Assembly (NCBI RefSeq): GCF_009914755.1
Contig: NC_060942.1
Length of the DNA: 64,000 nucleotides
Source: the human T2T-CHM13v2.0 reference genome, Homo sapiens
Strand: one strand, 5' to 3'
The position numbers were made by a program, and so were the translations under genes. Below, one piece after another: positions 51,958 through 64,000 of the stretch (its first letter is position 1; each line of letters starts with the position of its first letter). Under the pieces are notes generated by a model. It saw only the letters and a list, made by a program, of their open reading frames with translations. It was not told where the DNA came from and did not search any database.

Positions 51958-54900
51958 GAATTCATACAAATTGCAGACTGCAGCGTTCTGAGAAACATCT
52001 TTGTGATGTTTGTATTCAGGACACAGAGATGAACATTCCCTATCATAGAGCAGGTTGGAATCACTCCTTTTGTAGTATCTGGAAGTGGACATTTGGAGCG
52101 CTTTCAGGCCTATGTTGAAAAAGGAAATATCTTCCCATAACAACTAGACACAAGCATTCTCAGAAACTTGTTTGTGATGTGTGCCCTCTACTGACAGAGT
52201 TGAACCTTTCTTTTCATAGAGCAGTTTTGAAACACTCTTTTTGTAGAATCTGCAAGAGGATATTTGCATAGCTTTGAGGATTTCGTGGGAAACGGGATTG
52301 TCTTCAGGTAAAATCTAGACAGAAGCATTCTCAGAAACTTCTTTGGGATGTTTGCATTCAAGTCACAGAGTAGAACATTCCCTTTGGTAGAGCAGGTTTG
52401 AAACACTCTTTTTGTAGTATCTGGAAGTGGACATTTGGAGCGCTTTCAGGCCCATGTTGGAAAGGGAAATATCTTCCCGTAACAACTAGGCAGAAGCATT
52501 CTCAGAAACTTATTTGAGATGTGTGTACTCAACTAAGAGAATTGAACCACCGTTTTGAAGGAGCAGTTTTGAAACACTCTTTTTCTGGAATCTGCAAGAG
52601 TATATTTGCCTAGCCTTGAGAATTTCGTTGGAAACGGGATTGTCTTCAGATAAAATCTAGACAGAAGCATTCTCAGAAACTTCTTTGGGATGTTTGCATT
52701 CAAGTCACAGAGTAGAACATTCCCTTTGGTAGAGCAGGTTTGAAACACTCTTTTTTTAGTATATGGAAGTGGACATTTGGAGCGCTTTCAGGCCTACGTT
52801 GGAAAAGGAAATATCTTCCCATAACAACTAGACAGAAGCATTCTCAGAAACTAGTTTCTGATGTGTGTCCTCAACTAACACAGTTGAACTTTTCTTTAGA
52901 CAGAACAGTTTTGAAACACTCTTTTTGTGGAATCTGCAAGTGGATATTTGGCTAGATTTGAGGATTTCGTTGGAAACGGGATTACATATAAAAAGCAGAC
53001 AGCAGCATTCTCAGAAAGTTCTTTGTGATGATTGCATTCAAGTCACAGAATTGAACATTCCCTTTCACAGAGCAGGTTTGAAACCCTCTTTTTGTAGTGT
53101 GTGTAAGTGGACATTTGGAGCGCTTTCCGGCCTAAGGTGAAAAAGGAAATATCTTCCCATAAAAACTAGACAGAAGCATTCTCAGAAACTTACTCGTGAT
53201 GTGTGTCCTCAACTAAAGGAGTAGAACATTTCTATTCATAGAGAAGTTTTGAAACGCTCTTTTTGTGGAATCTCCAAGTGGATATTTGGTTAGTTTTGAG
53301 GATTTCGTTGGAAGCGGGAATTCATACAAATTGCAGACTGCAGCGTTCTGAGAATCATCTTTGTGATGTTTGTATTCAGGACACAGAGATGAACATTCCC
53401 TATCATAGAGTAGGTTGGAATCACTCCTTTTGTAGTATCTGGAAGTGGACATTTGGAGCGCTTTCAGTCCTATGTTGAAAAAAGAAATATCTTCCCATAA
53501 CAACTAGACACAAGCATTCTCAGAAACTTGTTTGTGATGTGTGCCCTCTACTGACAGAGTTGAACCTTTCTTTTCATAGAGCAGTTTTGAAACACTCTTT
53601 TTGTAGAATCTGCAAGAGGATATTTGCATAGCTTTGAGGATTCCGTGGGAAACGGGATTGTCTTCAGGTAAAATCTAGACAGAAGCATTCTCAGAAACTT
53701 CTTTGGGATGTTTGCATTCAAGTCACAGAGTAGAACATTCCCTTTGGTAGAGCAGGTTTGAAACACTCTTTTTGTAGTATCTGGAAGTGGACATTTGGAG
53801 CACTTTCAGGCCCATGTTGGAAAGGGAAATATCTTCCCGTAACAACTAGGCAGAAGCATTCTCTGAAACTTTTTTGAGATGTGTGTACGCAACTAAGAGA
53901 ATTGAACCACCGTTTTGAAGGAGCAGTTTTGAAACACTCTTTTTCTGGAATCTGCTAGACGATATTTGCCTAGCCTTGAGGATTTCGTTGGAAACGGGAT
54001 TGTCTTCAGATAAAATCTAGACAGAAGCATTCTCAGAAACTTCTTTGGGATGTTTGTATTCAAGTCACAGAGTAGAACATTCCCTTTGATAGAGCAGGTT
54101 TGAAACACTCTTTTTTTAGTATATGGAAATGGACATTTGGAGCGCTTTCAGGCCTACGTTGGAAAAGGAAATATCTTCCCATAACAACTAGACAGAAGCA
54201 TTCTCAGAAACTAGTTTCTGATGTGTGTCCTCAACTAACACAGTTGAACTTTTCTTTAGACAGAACAGTTTTGAAACACTCTTTTTGTGGAATCTGCAAG
54301 TGGCTATTTGGCTAGATTTGAGGATTTCGTTGGAAACGGGATTACATATAAAAAGCAGACAGCAGCATTCTCAGAAAGTTCTTTGTGATGATTGCATTCA
54401 AGTCACAGAATTGAACATTCCCTTTCACAGAGCAGGTTTGAAACACTCTTTTTGTAGTGTGTGTAAGTGGACATTTGGAGCACTTTCCGGCCTAAGGTGA
54501 AAAAGGAAATATCTTCCCATAAAAACTAGACAGAAGCATTCTCAGAAACTTACTCGTGATGTGTGTCCTCAACTAAAGGAGTAGAACCTTTCTATTCATA
54601 GAGAAGGTTTGAAACGCTCTTTTTGTGGAATCTCCAAGTGGATATTTGGCTAGTTTTGAGGATTTCGTTGGATGCGGGAATTCATACAAATTGCAGACTG
54701 CAGCGTTCTGAGAAACATGTTTGTGATGTTTGTATTCAGGACACAGAGATGAACATTACCTATCATAGAGCAGGTTGGAATCACTCCTTTTGTAGTATCT
54801 GGAAGTGGACATTTGGAGCGCTTTCAGGCCTATGTTGAAAAAGGAAATATCTTCCCATAACAACTAGACACAAGCATTCTCAGAAACTTGTTTGTGATGT

Positions 54901-57900
54901 GTGCCCTCTGCTGACAGAGTTGAACCTTTCTTTTCATAGAGCAGTTTTGAAACACTCTTTTTGTAGAATCTGCAAGAGGATATTTGCATAGCTTTGAGGA
55001 TTTCGTGGGAAACGGGATTGTCTTCAGGTAAAATCTAGACAGAAGCATTCTCAGAAACTTCTTTGGGATGTTTGCATTCAAGTCACAGAGTAGAACATTC
55101 CCTTTGGTAGAGCAGGTTTGAAACCCTCTTTTTGTAGTATCTGGAAGTGGACATTTGGAGCGCTTTCAGGCCCATGTTGGAAAGGGAAATATCTTCCCGT
55201 AACAACTAGGCAGAAGCATTCTCAGAAACTTATTTGAGATGTGTGTACTCAACTAAGAGAATTGAACCACCGTTTTGAAGGAGCAGTTTTGAAACACTCT
55301 TTTTCTGGAAACTGCAAGAGTATATTTGCCTAGCCTTGAAGATTTCGTTGGAAACGGGATTGTCTTCAGATAAAATCTAGACAGACGCATTCTCAGAAAC
55401 TTCTTTGGGATGTTTGCATTCAAGTCACAGAGTAGAACATTCCCTTTGGTAGAGCAGGTTTGAAACACTCTTTTTTTAGTATATGGAAGTGGACATTTGG
55501 AGCGCTTTCAGGCCTACGTTGGAAAAGGAAATATCTTCCCATAACAACTAGACAGAAGCATTCTCAGAAACTAGTTTCTGATGTGTGTCCTCAACTAACA
55601 CAGTTGAACTTTTCTTTAGACAGAACAGTTTTGAAACACTCTTTTTGTGGAATCTGCAAGTGGATATTTGGCTAGATTTGAGGATTTCGTTGGAAACGGG
55701 ATTACATATAAAAAGCAGACAGCAGCATTCTCAGAAAGTTCTTTGTGATGATTGCATTCAAGTCACAGAATTGAACATTCCCTTTCACAGAGCAGGTTTG
55801 AAACACTCTTTTTGTAGTGTGTGTAAGTGGACATTTGGAGCGCTTTCCGGCCTAAGGTGAAAAAGGAAATATCTTCCCATAAAAACTAGACAGAAACATT
55901 CTCAGAAACTTACTCGTGATGTGTGTCCTCAACTAAAGGAGTAGAACCTTTCTATTCATAGAGAAGTTTTGAAACGCTCTTTTTGTGGAATCTCCAAGTG
56001 GATATTTGGCTAGTTTTGAGGATTTCGTTGGAAGCGGGAATTCATACAAATTGCAGACTGCAGCGTTCTGAGAAACATCTTTGTGATGTTTGTATTCAGG
56101 ACACAGAGATGAACATTCCCTATCATAGAGCAGGTTGGAATCACTCCTTTTGTAGTATCTGGAAGTGGACATTTGGAGCGCTTTCAGGCCTATGTTGAAA
56201 AAGGAAATATCTTCCCGTAACAACTAGACACAAGCATTCTCAGAAACTTGTTTGTGATGTGTGCCCTCTACTGACAGAGTTGAACCTTTCTTTTCATAGA
56301 GCAGTTTTGAAACACTCTTTTTGTAGAATCTGCAAGAGGATATTTGCATAGCTTTGAGGATTTAGTGGGAAACGGGATTGTCTTCAGGTAAAATCTAGAC
56401 AGAAGCATTCTCAGAAACTTCTTTGGGATGTTTGCATTCAAGTCACAGAGTAGAACATTCCCTTTGGTAGAGCAGGTTTGAAACCCTCTTTTTGTAGTAT
56501 CTGGAAGTGGACATTCGGAGCGCTATCAGGCCCATGTTGGAAAGGGAAATATCTTCCCGTAACAACTAGGCAGAAGCATTCTCAGAAACTTATTTGAGAT
56601 GTGTGTACTCAACTAAGAGAATTGAACCACCGTTTTGAAGGAGCAGTTTTGAAACACTCTTTTTCTGGAATCTGCAAGAGTATATTTGCCTAGCCTTGAG
56701 GATTTCGTTGGAAACGGGATTGTCTTCAGATAAAATCTAGACAGAAGCATTCTCAGAAACTTCTTTGGGATGTTTGCATTCAAGTCACAGAGTAGAACAT
56801 TCCCTTTGGTAGAGCAGGTTTGAAACACTCTTTTTTTAGTATATGGAAGTGGACATTTGGAGCGCTTTCAGGCCTACGTTGGAAAAGGAAATATCTTCCC
56901 ATAACAACTAGACAGAAGCATTCTCAGAAACTAGTTTCTGATGTGTGTCCTCAACTAACACAGTTGAACTTTTCTTTAGACAGAACAGTTTTGAAACACT
57001 CTTTTTGTGGAATCTGCAAGTGGATATTTGGCTAGATTTGAGGATTTCGTTGGAAACGGGATTACATATAAAAAGCAGACTGTAGCATTCTCAGAAAGTT
57101 CTTTGTGATGATTGCATTCAAGTCACAGAATTGAACATTCCCTTTCACAGAGCAGGTTTGAAACACTCTTTTTGTAGTGTGTGTAAGTGGACATTTGGAG
57201 CGCTTTCCGGCCTAAGGTGAAAAAGGAAATATCTTCCCATAAAAACTGGACAGAAGCATTCTCAGAAACTTGTTTATGCTGTATCTACTCAACTAACAAA
57301 GTTGAACCTTTCTTTTGATAGAGCAGTTTTGAAATGGTCTTTTTGTGGAATCTGCAAGTGGATATTTGGCTAGTTTTGAGGATTTCGTTGGAAGCGGGAA
57401 TTCATACAAATTGCAGACTGCAGCGTTCTGAGAAACATCTTTGTGATGTTTGTATTCAGGACACAGAGATGAACATTCCCTATCATAGAGCAGGTTGGAA
57501 TCACTCCTTTTGTAGTATCTGGAAGTGGACATTTGGAGCGCTTTCAGGCCTATGTTGAAAAAGGAAATATCTTCCCATAACAACTAGACACAAGCATTCT
57601 CAGAAACTTGTTTGTGATGTGTGCCCTCTACTGACAGAGTTGAACCTTTCTTTTCATAGAGCAGTTTTGAAACACTCTTTTTGTAGAATCTGCAAGAGGA
57701 TATTTGCATAGCTTTGAGGATTTCGTGGGAAACGGGATTGTCTTCAGGTAAAATCTAGACAGAAGCATTCTCAGAAACTTCTTTGGGATGTTTGCATTCA
57801 AGTCACAGAGTAGAACATTCCCTTTGGTAGAGCAGGTTTGAAACACTCTTTTTGTAGTATCTGGAAGTGGACATTTGGAGCGCTTTCAGGCCCATGTTGG

Positions 57901-60117
57901 AAAGGGAAATATCTTCCCGTAACAACTAGGCAGAAGCATTCTCAGAAACTTATTTGAGATGTGTGTACTCAACTAAGAGAATTGAACCACCGTTTTGAAG
58001 GAGCAGTTTTGAAACACTCTTTTTCTGGAATCTGCAAGAGTATATTTGCCTAGCCTTGAGAATTTCGTTGGAAACGGGATTGTCTTCAGATAAAATCTAG
58101 ACAGAAGCATTCTCAGAAACTTCTTTGGGATGTTTGCATTCAAGTCACAGAGTAGAACATTCCCTTTGGTAGAGCAGGTTTGAAACACTCTTTTTTTAGT
58201 ATATGGAAGTGGACATTTGGAGCGCTTTCAGGCCTACGTTGGAAAAGGAAATATCTTCCCATAACAACTAGACAGAAGCATTCTCAGGAACTAGTTTCTG
58301 ATGTGTGTCCTCAACTAACACAGTTGAACTTTTCTTTAGACAGAACAGTTTTGAAACACTCTTTTTGTGGAATCTGCAAGTGGATATTTGGCTAGATTTG
58401 AGGATTTCGTTGGAAACGGGATTACATATAAAAAGCAGACAGCAGCATTCTCAGAAAGTTCTTTGTGATGATTGCATTCAAGTCACAGAATTGAACATTC
58501 CCTTTCACAGAGCAGGTTTGAAACCCTCTTTTTGTAGTGTGTGTAAGTGGACATTTGGAGCGCTTTCCGGCCTAAGGTGAAAAAGGAAATATCTTCCCAT
58601 AAAAACTAGACAGAAGCATTCTCAGAAACTTACTCGTGATGTGTGTCCTCAACTAAAGGAGTAGAACATTTCTATTCATAGAGAAGTTTTGAAACGCTCT
58701 TTTTGTGGAATCTCCAAGTGGATATTTGGCTAGTTTTGAGGATTTCGTTGGAAGCGGGAATTCATACAAATTGCAGACTGCAGCGTTCTGAGAATCATCT
58801 TTGTGATGTTTGTATTCAGGACACAGAGATGAACATTCCCTATCATAGAGTAGGTTGGAATCACTCCTTTTGTAGTATCTGGAAGTGGACATTTGGAGCG
58901 CTTTCAGTCCTATGTTGAAAAAGGAAATATCTTCCCATAACAACTAGACACAAGCATTCTCAGAAACTTGTTTGTGATGTGTGCCCTCTACTGACAGAGT
59001 TGAACCTTTCTTTTCATAGAGCAGTTTTGAAACACTCTTTTTGTAGAATCTGCAAGAGGATATTTGCATAGCTTTGAGGATTCCGTGGGAAACGGGATTG
59101 TCTTCAGGTAAAATCTAGACAGAAGCATTCTCAGAAACTTCTTTGGGATGTTTGCATTCAAGTCACAGAGTAGAACATTCCCTTTGGTAGAGCAGGTTTG
59201 AAACACTCTTTTTGTAGTATCTGGAAGTGGACATTTGGAGCACTTTCAGGCCCATGTTGGAAAGGGAAATATCTTCCCGTAACAACTAGGCAGAAGCATT
59301 CTCTGAAACTTTTTTGAGATGTGTGTACGCAACTAAGAGAATTGAACCACCGTTTTGAAGGAGCAGTTTTGAAACACTCTTTTTCTGGAATCTGCTAGAC
59401 GATATTTGCCTAGCCTTGAGGATTTCGTTGGAAACGGGATTGTCTTCAGATAAAATCTAGACAGAAGCATTCTCAGAAACTTCTTTGGGATGGTTGTATT
59501 CAAGTCACAGAGTAGAACATTCCCTTTGGTAGAGCAGGTTTGAAACACTCTTTTTTTAGTATATGGAAATGGACATTTGGAGCGCTTTCAGGCCTACGTT
59601 GGAAAAGGAAATATCTTCCCATAACAACTAGACAGAAGCATTCTCAGAAACTAGTTTCTGATGTGTGTCCTCAACTAACACAGTTGAACTTTTCTTTAGA
59701 CAGAACAGTTTTGAAACACTCTTTTTGTGGAATCTGCAAGTGGCTATTTGGCTAGATTTGAGGATTTCGTTGGAAACGGGATTACATATAAAAAGCAGTC
59801 AGCAGCATTCTCAGAAAGTTCTTTGTGATGATTGCATTCAAGTCACAGAATTGAACATTCCCTTTCACAGAGCAGGTTTGAAACACTCTTTTTGTAGTGT
59901 GTGTAAGTGGACATTTGGAGCACTTACCGGCCTAAGGTGAAAAAGGAAATATCTTCCCATAAAAACTAGACAGAAGCATTCTCAGAAACTTACTCGTGAT
60001 GTGTGTCCTCAACTAAAGTAGTAGAACCTTTCTTTTCATAGAGAAGTTTTGAAACGCTCTTTTTGTGGAATCTGCAAGTGGATATTTGGCTAGTTTTGAG
60101 GATTTCGTTGGAAGCGG
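51958..60117 (+). repeat. Run of six 8-mer HOR units
   Basis: EcoRI sites every 1360 bp: 51958, 53318, 54678, 56038, 57398, 58758 and 60118. Confidence 0.92.
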
Positions 60118-62152
60118 GAATTCATACAAATTGCAGACTGCAGCGTTCTGAGAAACATCTTTGTGATGTTTGTATTCAGGACACAGAGTTGAACATTCCC
60201 TATCATAGAGCAGGTTTGAATCACTCCTTTTGTAGTATCTGGAAGTGGACATTTGGAGCGCTTTCAGGCCTATGTTGGAAAAGGAAATATCTTCCCATAA
60301 CAACTAGACAGAAGCATTCTCAGAAACTTATTTGAGATGTGTCTACTCAACTAAGAGAATTGAACCACCGTTTTGAAGGAGCAGTTTTGAAACACTCTAT
60401 TTCTGGAATCTGCAAGTGGATATTTGGCTAGCTTTGGGGATTTCGCTGGAAGCGGGAATACATATAAAAAGCACACAGCAGGGTTCTGAGAAACTGCTTT
60501 CTGATGTTTGCATTCAAGTCAAAAGTTGAACACTCCCTTTCATAGAGCAGTCTTGAAACACCCCTTTTGTAGTATCTGGAACTGGACTTTTGGAGCGATT
60601 TTAGGGCTAAGGTGAAAAAGGAAATATCTTCCCATAAAAACTGGACAGAAGCATTCTCAGAAACTTGTTTATGCTGTATCTACTCAACTAACAAAGTTGA
60701 ACCTTTCTTTTGATAGAGCAGTTTTGAAATGGTCTTTTTGTGGAATCTGCAAGTGGATATTTGGCTAGTTTTGAGGATTTCGTTGGAAGCGGGAATTCAT
60801 ACAAATTGCAGACTGCAGCGTTATGAGAAACATCTTTGTGATGTTTGTATTCAGGACACAGAGTTGAACATTCCCTATCATAGAGCAGGTTGGAATCACT
60901 CCTTTTGTAGTATCTGGAAGTGGACATTTGGAGCGCTTTCGGGCCTATTTTGGACAGGGAAATATCTTCCCATAACAACTAGACACAAGCATTCTCAGAA
61001 ACTTGTTTGTGATGTGTGCCCTCTGCTGACAGAGTTGAACCTTTCTTTTCATAGAGCAGTTTTGAAACACTCTTTTTGTAGAATCTGCAAGAGGATATTT
61101 GCATAGCTTTGAGGATTTCGTGGGAAACGGGATTGTCTTCAGGTAAAATCTAGACAGAAGCATTCTCAGAAACTTCTTTGGGATGTTTGCATTCAAGTCA
61201 CAGAGTAGAACATTCCCTTTGGTAGAGCAGGTTTGAAACACTCTTTTTGTAGTATCTGGAAGTGGACATTTGGAGCGCTTTCAGGCCCATGTTGGAAAGG
61301 GAAATATCTTCCCGTAACAACTAGGCAGAAGCATTCTCAGAAACTTATTTGAGATGTGTGTACTCAACTAAGAGAATGGAACCACCGTTTTGAAGGAGCA
61401 GTTTTGAAACACTCTTTTTCTGGAAACTGCAAGAGTATATTTGCCTAGCCTTGAAGATTTCGTTGGAAACGGGATTGTCTTCAGATAAAATCTAGACAGA
61501 AGCATTCTCAGAAACTTCTTTGGGATGTTTGCATTCAAGTCACAGAGTAGAACATTCCCTTTGGTAGAGCAGGTTTGAAACACTCTTTTTTTAGTATATG
61601 GAAGTGGACATTTGGAGCGCTTTCAGGCCTACGTTGGAAAAGGAAATATCTTCCCATAACAACTAGACAGAAGCATTCTCAGAAACTAGTTTCTGATGTG
61701 TGTCCTCAACTAACACAGTTGAACTTTTCTTTAGACAGAACAGTTTTGAAACACTCTTTTTGTGGAATCTGCAAGTGGATATTTGGCTAGATTTGAGGAT
61801 TTCGTTGGAAACGGGATTACATATAAAAAGCAGACAGCAGCATTCTCAGAAAGTTCTTTGTGATGATTGCATTCAAGTCACAGAATTGAACATTCCCTTT
61901 CACAGAGCAGGTTTGAAACACTCTTTTTGTAGTGTGTGTAAGTGGACATTTGGAGCGCTTTCCGGCCTAAGGTGAAAAAGGAAATATCTTCCCATAAAAA
62001 CTAGACAGAAGCATTCTCAGAAACTTACTCGTGATGTGTGTCCTCAACTAAAGGAGTAGAACCTTTCTATTCATAGAGAAGTTTTGAAACGCTCTTTTTG
62101 TGGAATCTCCAAGTGGATATTTGGCTAGTTTTGAGGATTTCGTTGGAAGCGG
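60118..62152 (+). repeat. Isolated 12-mer HOR unit
   Basis: EcoRI sites at 60118, 60793 and 62153. Confidence 0.9.
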
Positions 62153-64000
62153 GAATTCATACAAATTGCAGACTGCAGCGTTCTGAGAAACATCTTTGTG
62201 ATGTTTGTATTCAGGACACAGAGATGAACATTCCCTATCATAGAGCAGGTTGGAATCACTCCTTTTGTAGTATCTGGAAGTGGACATTTGGAGCGCTTTC
62301 AGGCCTATGTTGAAAAAGGAAATATCTTCCCATAACAACTAGACACAAGCATTCTCAGAAACTTGTTTGTGATGTGTGCCCTCTACTGACAGAGTTGAAC
62401 CTTTCTTTTCATAGAGCAGTTTTGAAACACTCTTTTTGTAGAATCTGCAAGAGGATATTTGCATAGCTTTGAGGATTTAGTGGGAAACGGGATTGTCTTC
62501 AGGTAAAATCTAGACAGAAGCATTCTCAGAAACTTCTTTGGGATGTTTGCATTCAAGTCACAGAGTAGAACATTCCCTTTGGTAGAGCAGGTTTGAAACC
62601 CTCTTTTTGTAGTATCTGGAAGTGGACATTCGGAGCGCTATCAGGCCCATGTTGGAAAGGGAAATATCTTCCCATAACAACTAGGCAGAAGCATTCTCAG
62701 AAACTTATTTGAGATGTGTGTACTCAACTAAGAGAATTGAACCACCGTTTTGAAGGAGCAGTTTTGAAACACTCTTTTTCTGGAATCTGTAAGAGTATAT
62801 TTGCCTAGCCTTGAGGATTTCGTTGGAAACGGGATTGTCTTCAGATAAAATCTAGACAGAAGCATTCTCAGAAACTTCTTTGGGATGTTTGCATTCAAGT
62901 CACAGAGTAGAACATTCCCTTTGGTAGAGCAGGTTTGAAACACTCTTTTTTTAGTATATGGAAGTGGACATTTGGAGCGCTTTCAGGCCTACGTTGGAAA
63001 AGGAAATATCTTCCCATAACAACTAGACAGAAGCATTCTCAGAAACTAGTTTCTGATGTGTGTCCTCAACTAACACAGTTTAACTTTTCTTTAGACAGAA
63101 CAGTTTTGAAACACTCTTTTTGTGGAATCTGCAAGTGGATATTTGGCTAGATTTGAGGATTTCGTTGGAAACGGGATTACATATAAAAAGCAGACTGTAG
63201 CATTCTCAGAAAGTTCTTTGTGATGATTGCATTCAAGTCACAGAATTGAACATTCCCTTTCACAGAGCAGGTTTGAAACACTCTTTTTGTAGTGTGTGTA
63301 AGTGGACATTTGGAGCGCTTTCCGGCCTAAGGTGAAAAAGGAAATATCTTCCCATAAAAACTGGACAGAAGCATTCTCAGAAACTTGTTTATGCTGTATC
63401 TACTCAACTAACAAAGTTGAACCTTTCTTTTGATAGAGCAGTTTTGAAATGGTCTTTTTGTGGAATCTGCAAGTGGATATTTGGCTAGTTTTGAGGATTT
63501 CGTTGGAAGCGGGAATTCATACAAATTGCAGACTGCAGCGTTCTGAGAAACATCTTTGTGATGTTTGTATTCAGGACACAGAGATGAACATTCCCTATCA
63601 TAGAGCAGGTTGGAATCACTCCTTTTGTAGTATCTGGAAGTGGACATTTGGAGCGCTTTCAGGCCTATGTTGAAAAAGGAAATATCTTCCCATAACAACT
63701 AGACACAAGCATTCTCAGAAACTTGTTTGTGATGTGTGCCCTCTACTGACAGAGTTGAACCTTTCTTTTCATAGAGCAGTTTTGAAACACTCTTTTTGTA
63801 GAATCTGCAAGAGGATATTTGCATAGCTTTGAGGATTTCGTGGGAAACGGGATTGTCTTCAGGTAAAATCTAGACAGAAGCATTCTCAGAAACTTCTTTG
63901 GGATGTTTGCATTCAAGTCACAGAGTAGAACATTCCCTTTGGTAGAGCAGGTTTGAAACACTCTTTTTGTAGTATCTGGAAGTGGACATTTGAAGCGCTT

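Larger units (their letters stand above)
1..64000 (+). repeat. Alpha-satellite HOR array, dimeric (SF2-type), most likely human chromosome 18 D18Z1
   Basis: Continuous ~167-171 bp monomers carry the alphoid core AGAAGCATTCTCAGAAAC. CENP-B boxes occur every ~340 bp and ORF-track translations recur every 1360 bp. EcoRI fragments of 1360 and 675 bp sum to a 2035-bp 12-mer, matching recalled D18Z1 organisation, and ATGTGTGTCCTCAACTAAAG (e.g. 541-560) is recalled as a chr18 alphoid primer. The alpha-satellite call is essentially certain; the chr18 assignment is about 0.85. Confidence 0.97.

Noticed and set aside
82-63961. About 250 short ORFs (60-133 aa) on both strands
   Set aside because: They recur with the satellite period, mostly start at TTG/GTG, overlap in all frames, gain and lose stops freely and show no recognisable domain. 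They are chance translations of alpha satellite.
1-64000. CRISPR-like array (recurring AGAAGCATTCTCAGAAAC motif separated by variable sequence)
   Set aside because: The intervening sequences are homologous ~150-bp monomer bodies, not unique spacers, and there are no cas genes or leader.
1-64000. Embedded transposon, inversion or foreign unique sequence
   Set aside because: All EcoRI intervals are accounted for by whole even numbers of monomers (4, 6, 8, 10, 12) plus or minus a few bp, and orientation is constant. No poly(A) tail, target-site duplication or non-alphoid stretch was seen.

Overview
The whole 64 kb window is primate (human-type) centromeric alpha-satellite DNA. It holds about 376 head-to-tail ~170-bp monomers in one orientation, with no genes, transposon insertions or inversions visible. 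Monomers alternate between CENP-B-box (B-type) and pJalpha-box (A-type), giving ~340-bp dimers typical of suprachromosomal family 2. These are organised as a 1360-bp 8-mer higher-order repeat (HOR) interleaved with a 2035-bp 12-mer (1360+675 bp EcoRI fragments), which best fits the active chromosome 18 array D18Z1 (assigned from recalled knowledge, not from a search). All ORFs in the track are periodic artefacts of the repeat. I found no new gene system. The informative signal is the array architecture: variant HORs (4-, 6-, 10-mers and non-canonical 12-mer-length units), layered super-duplications (offsets 4069, 4080, 6115, 6448/6790, 9526, 12230 and 13607 bp), recombination junctions that map to the A/B-box position, and propagated CENP-B-box-disrupting variants. 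Coordinates were derived by eye and from the ORF-track periodicity, and block boundaries are approximate.
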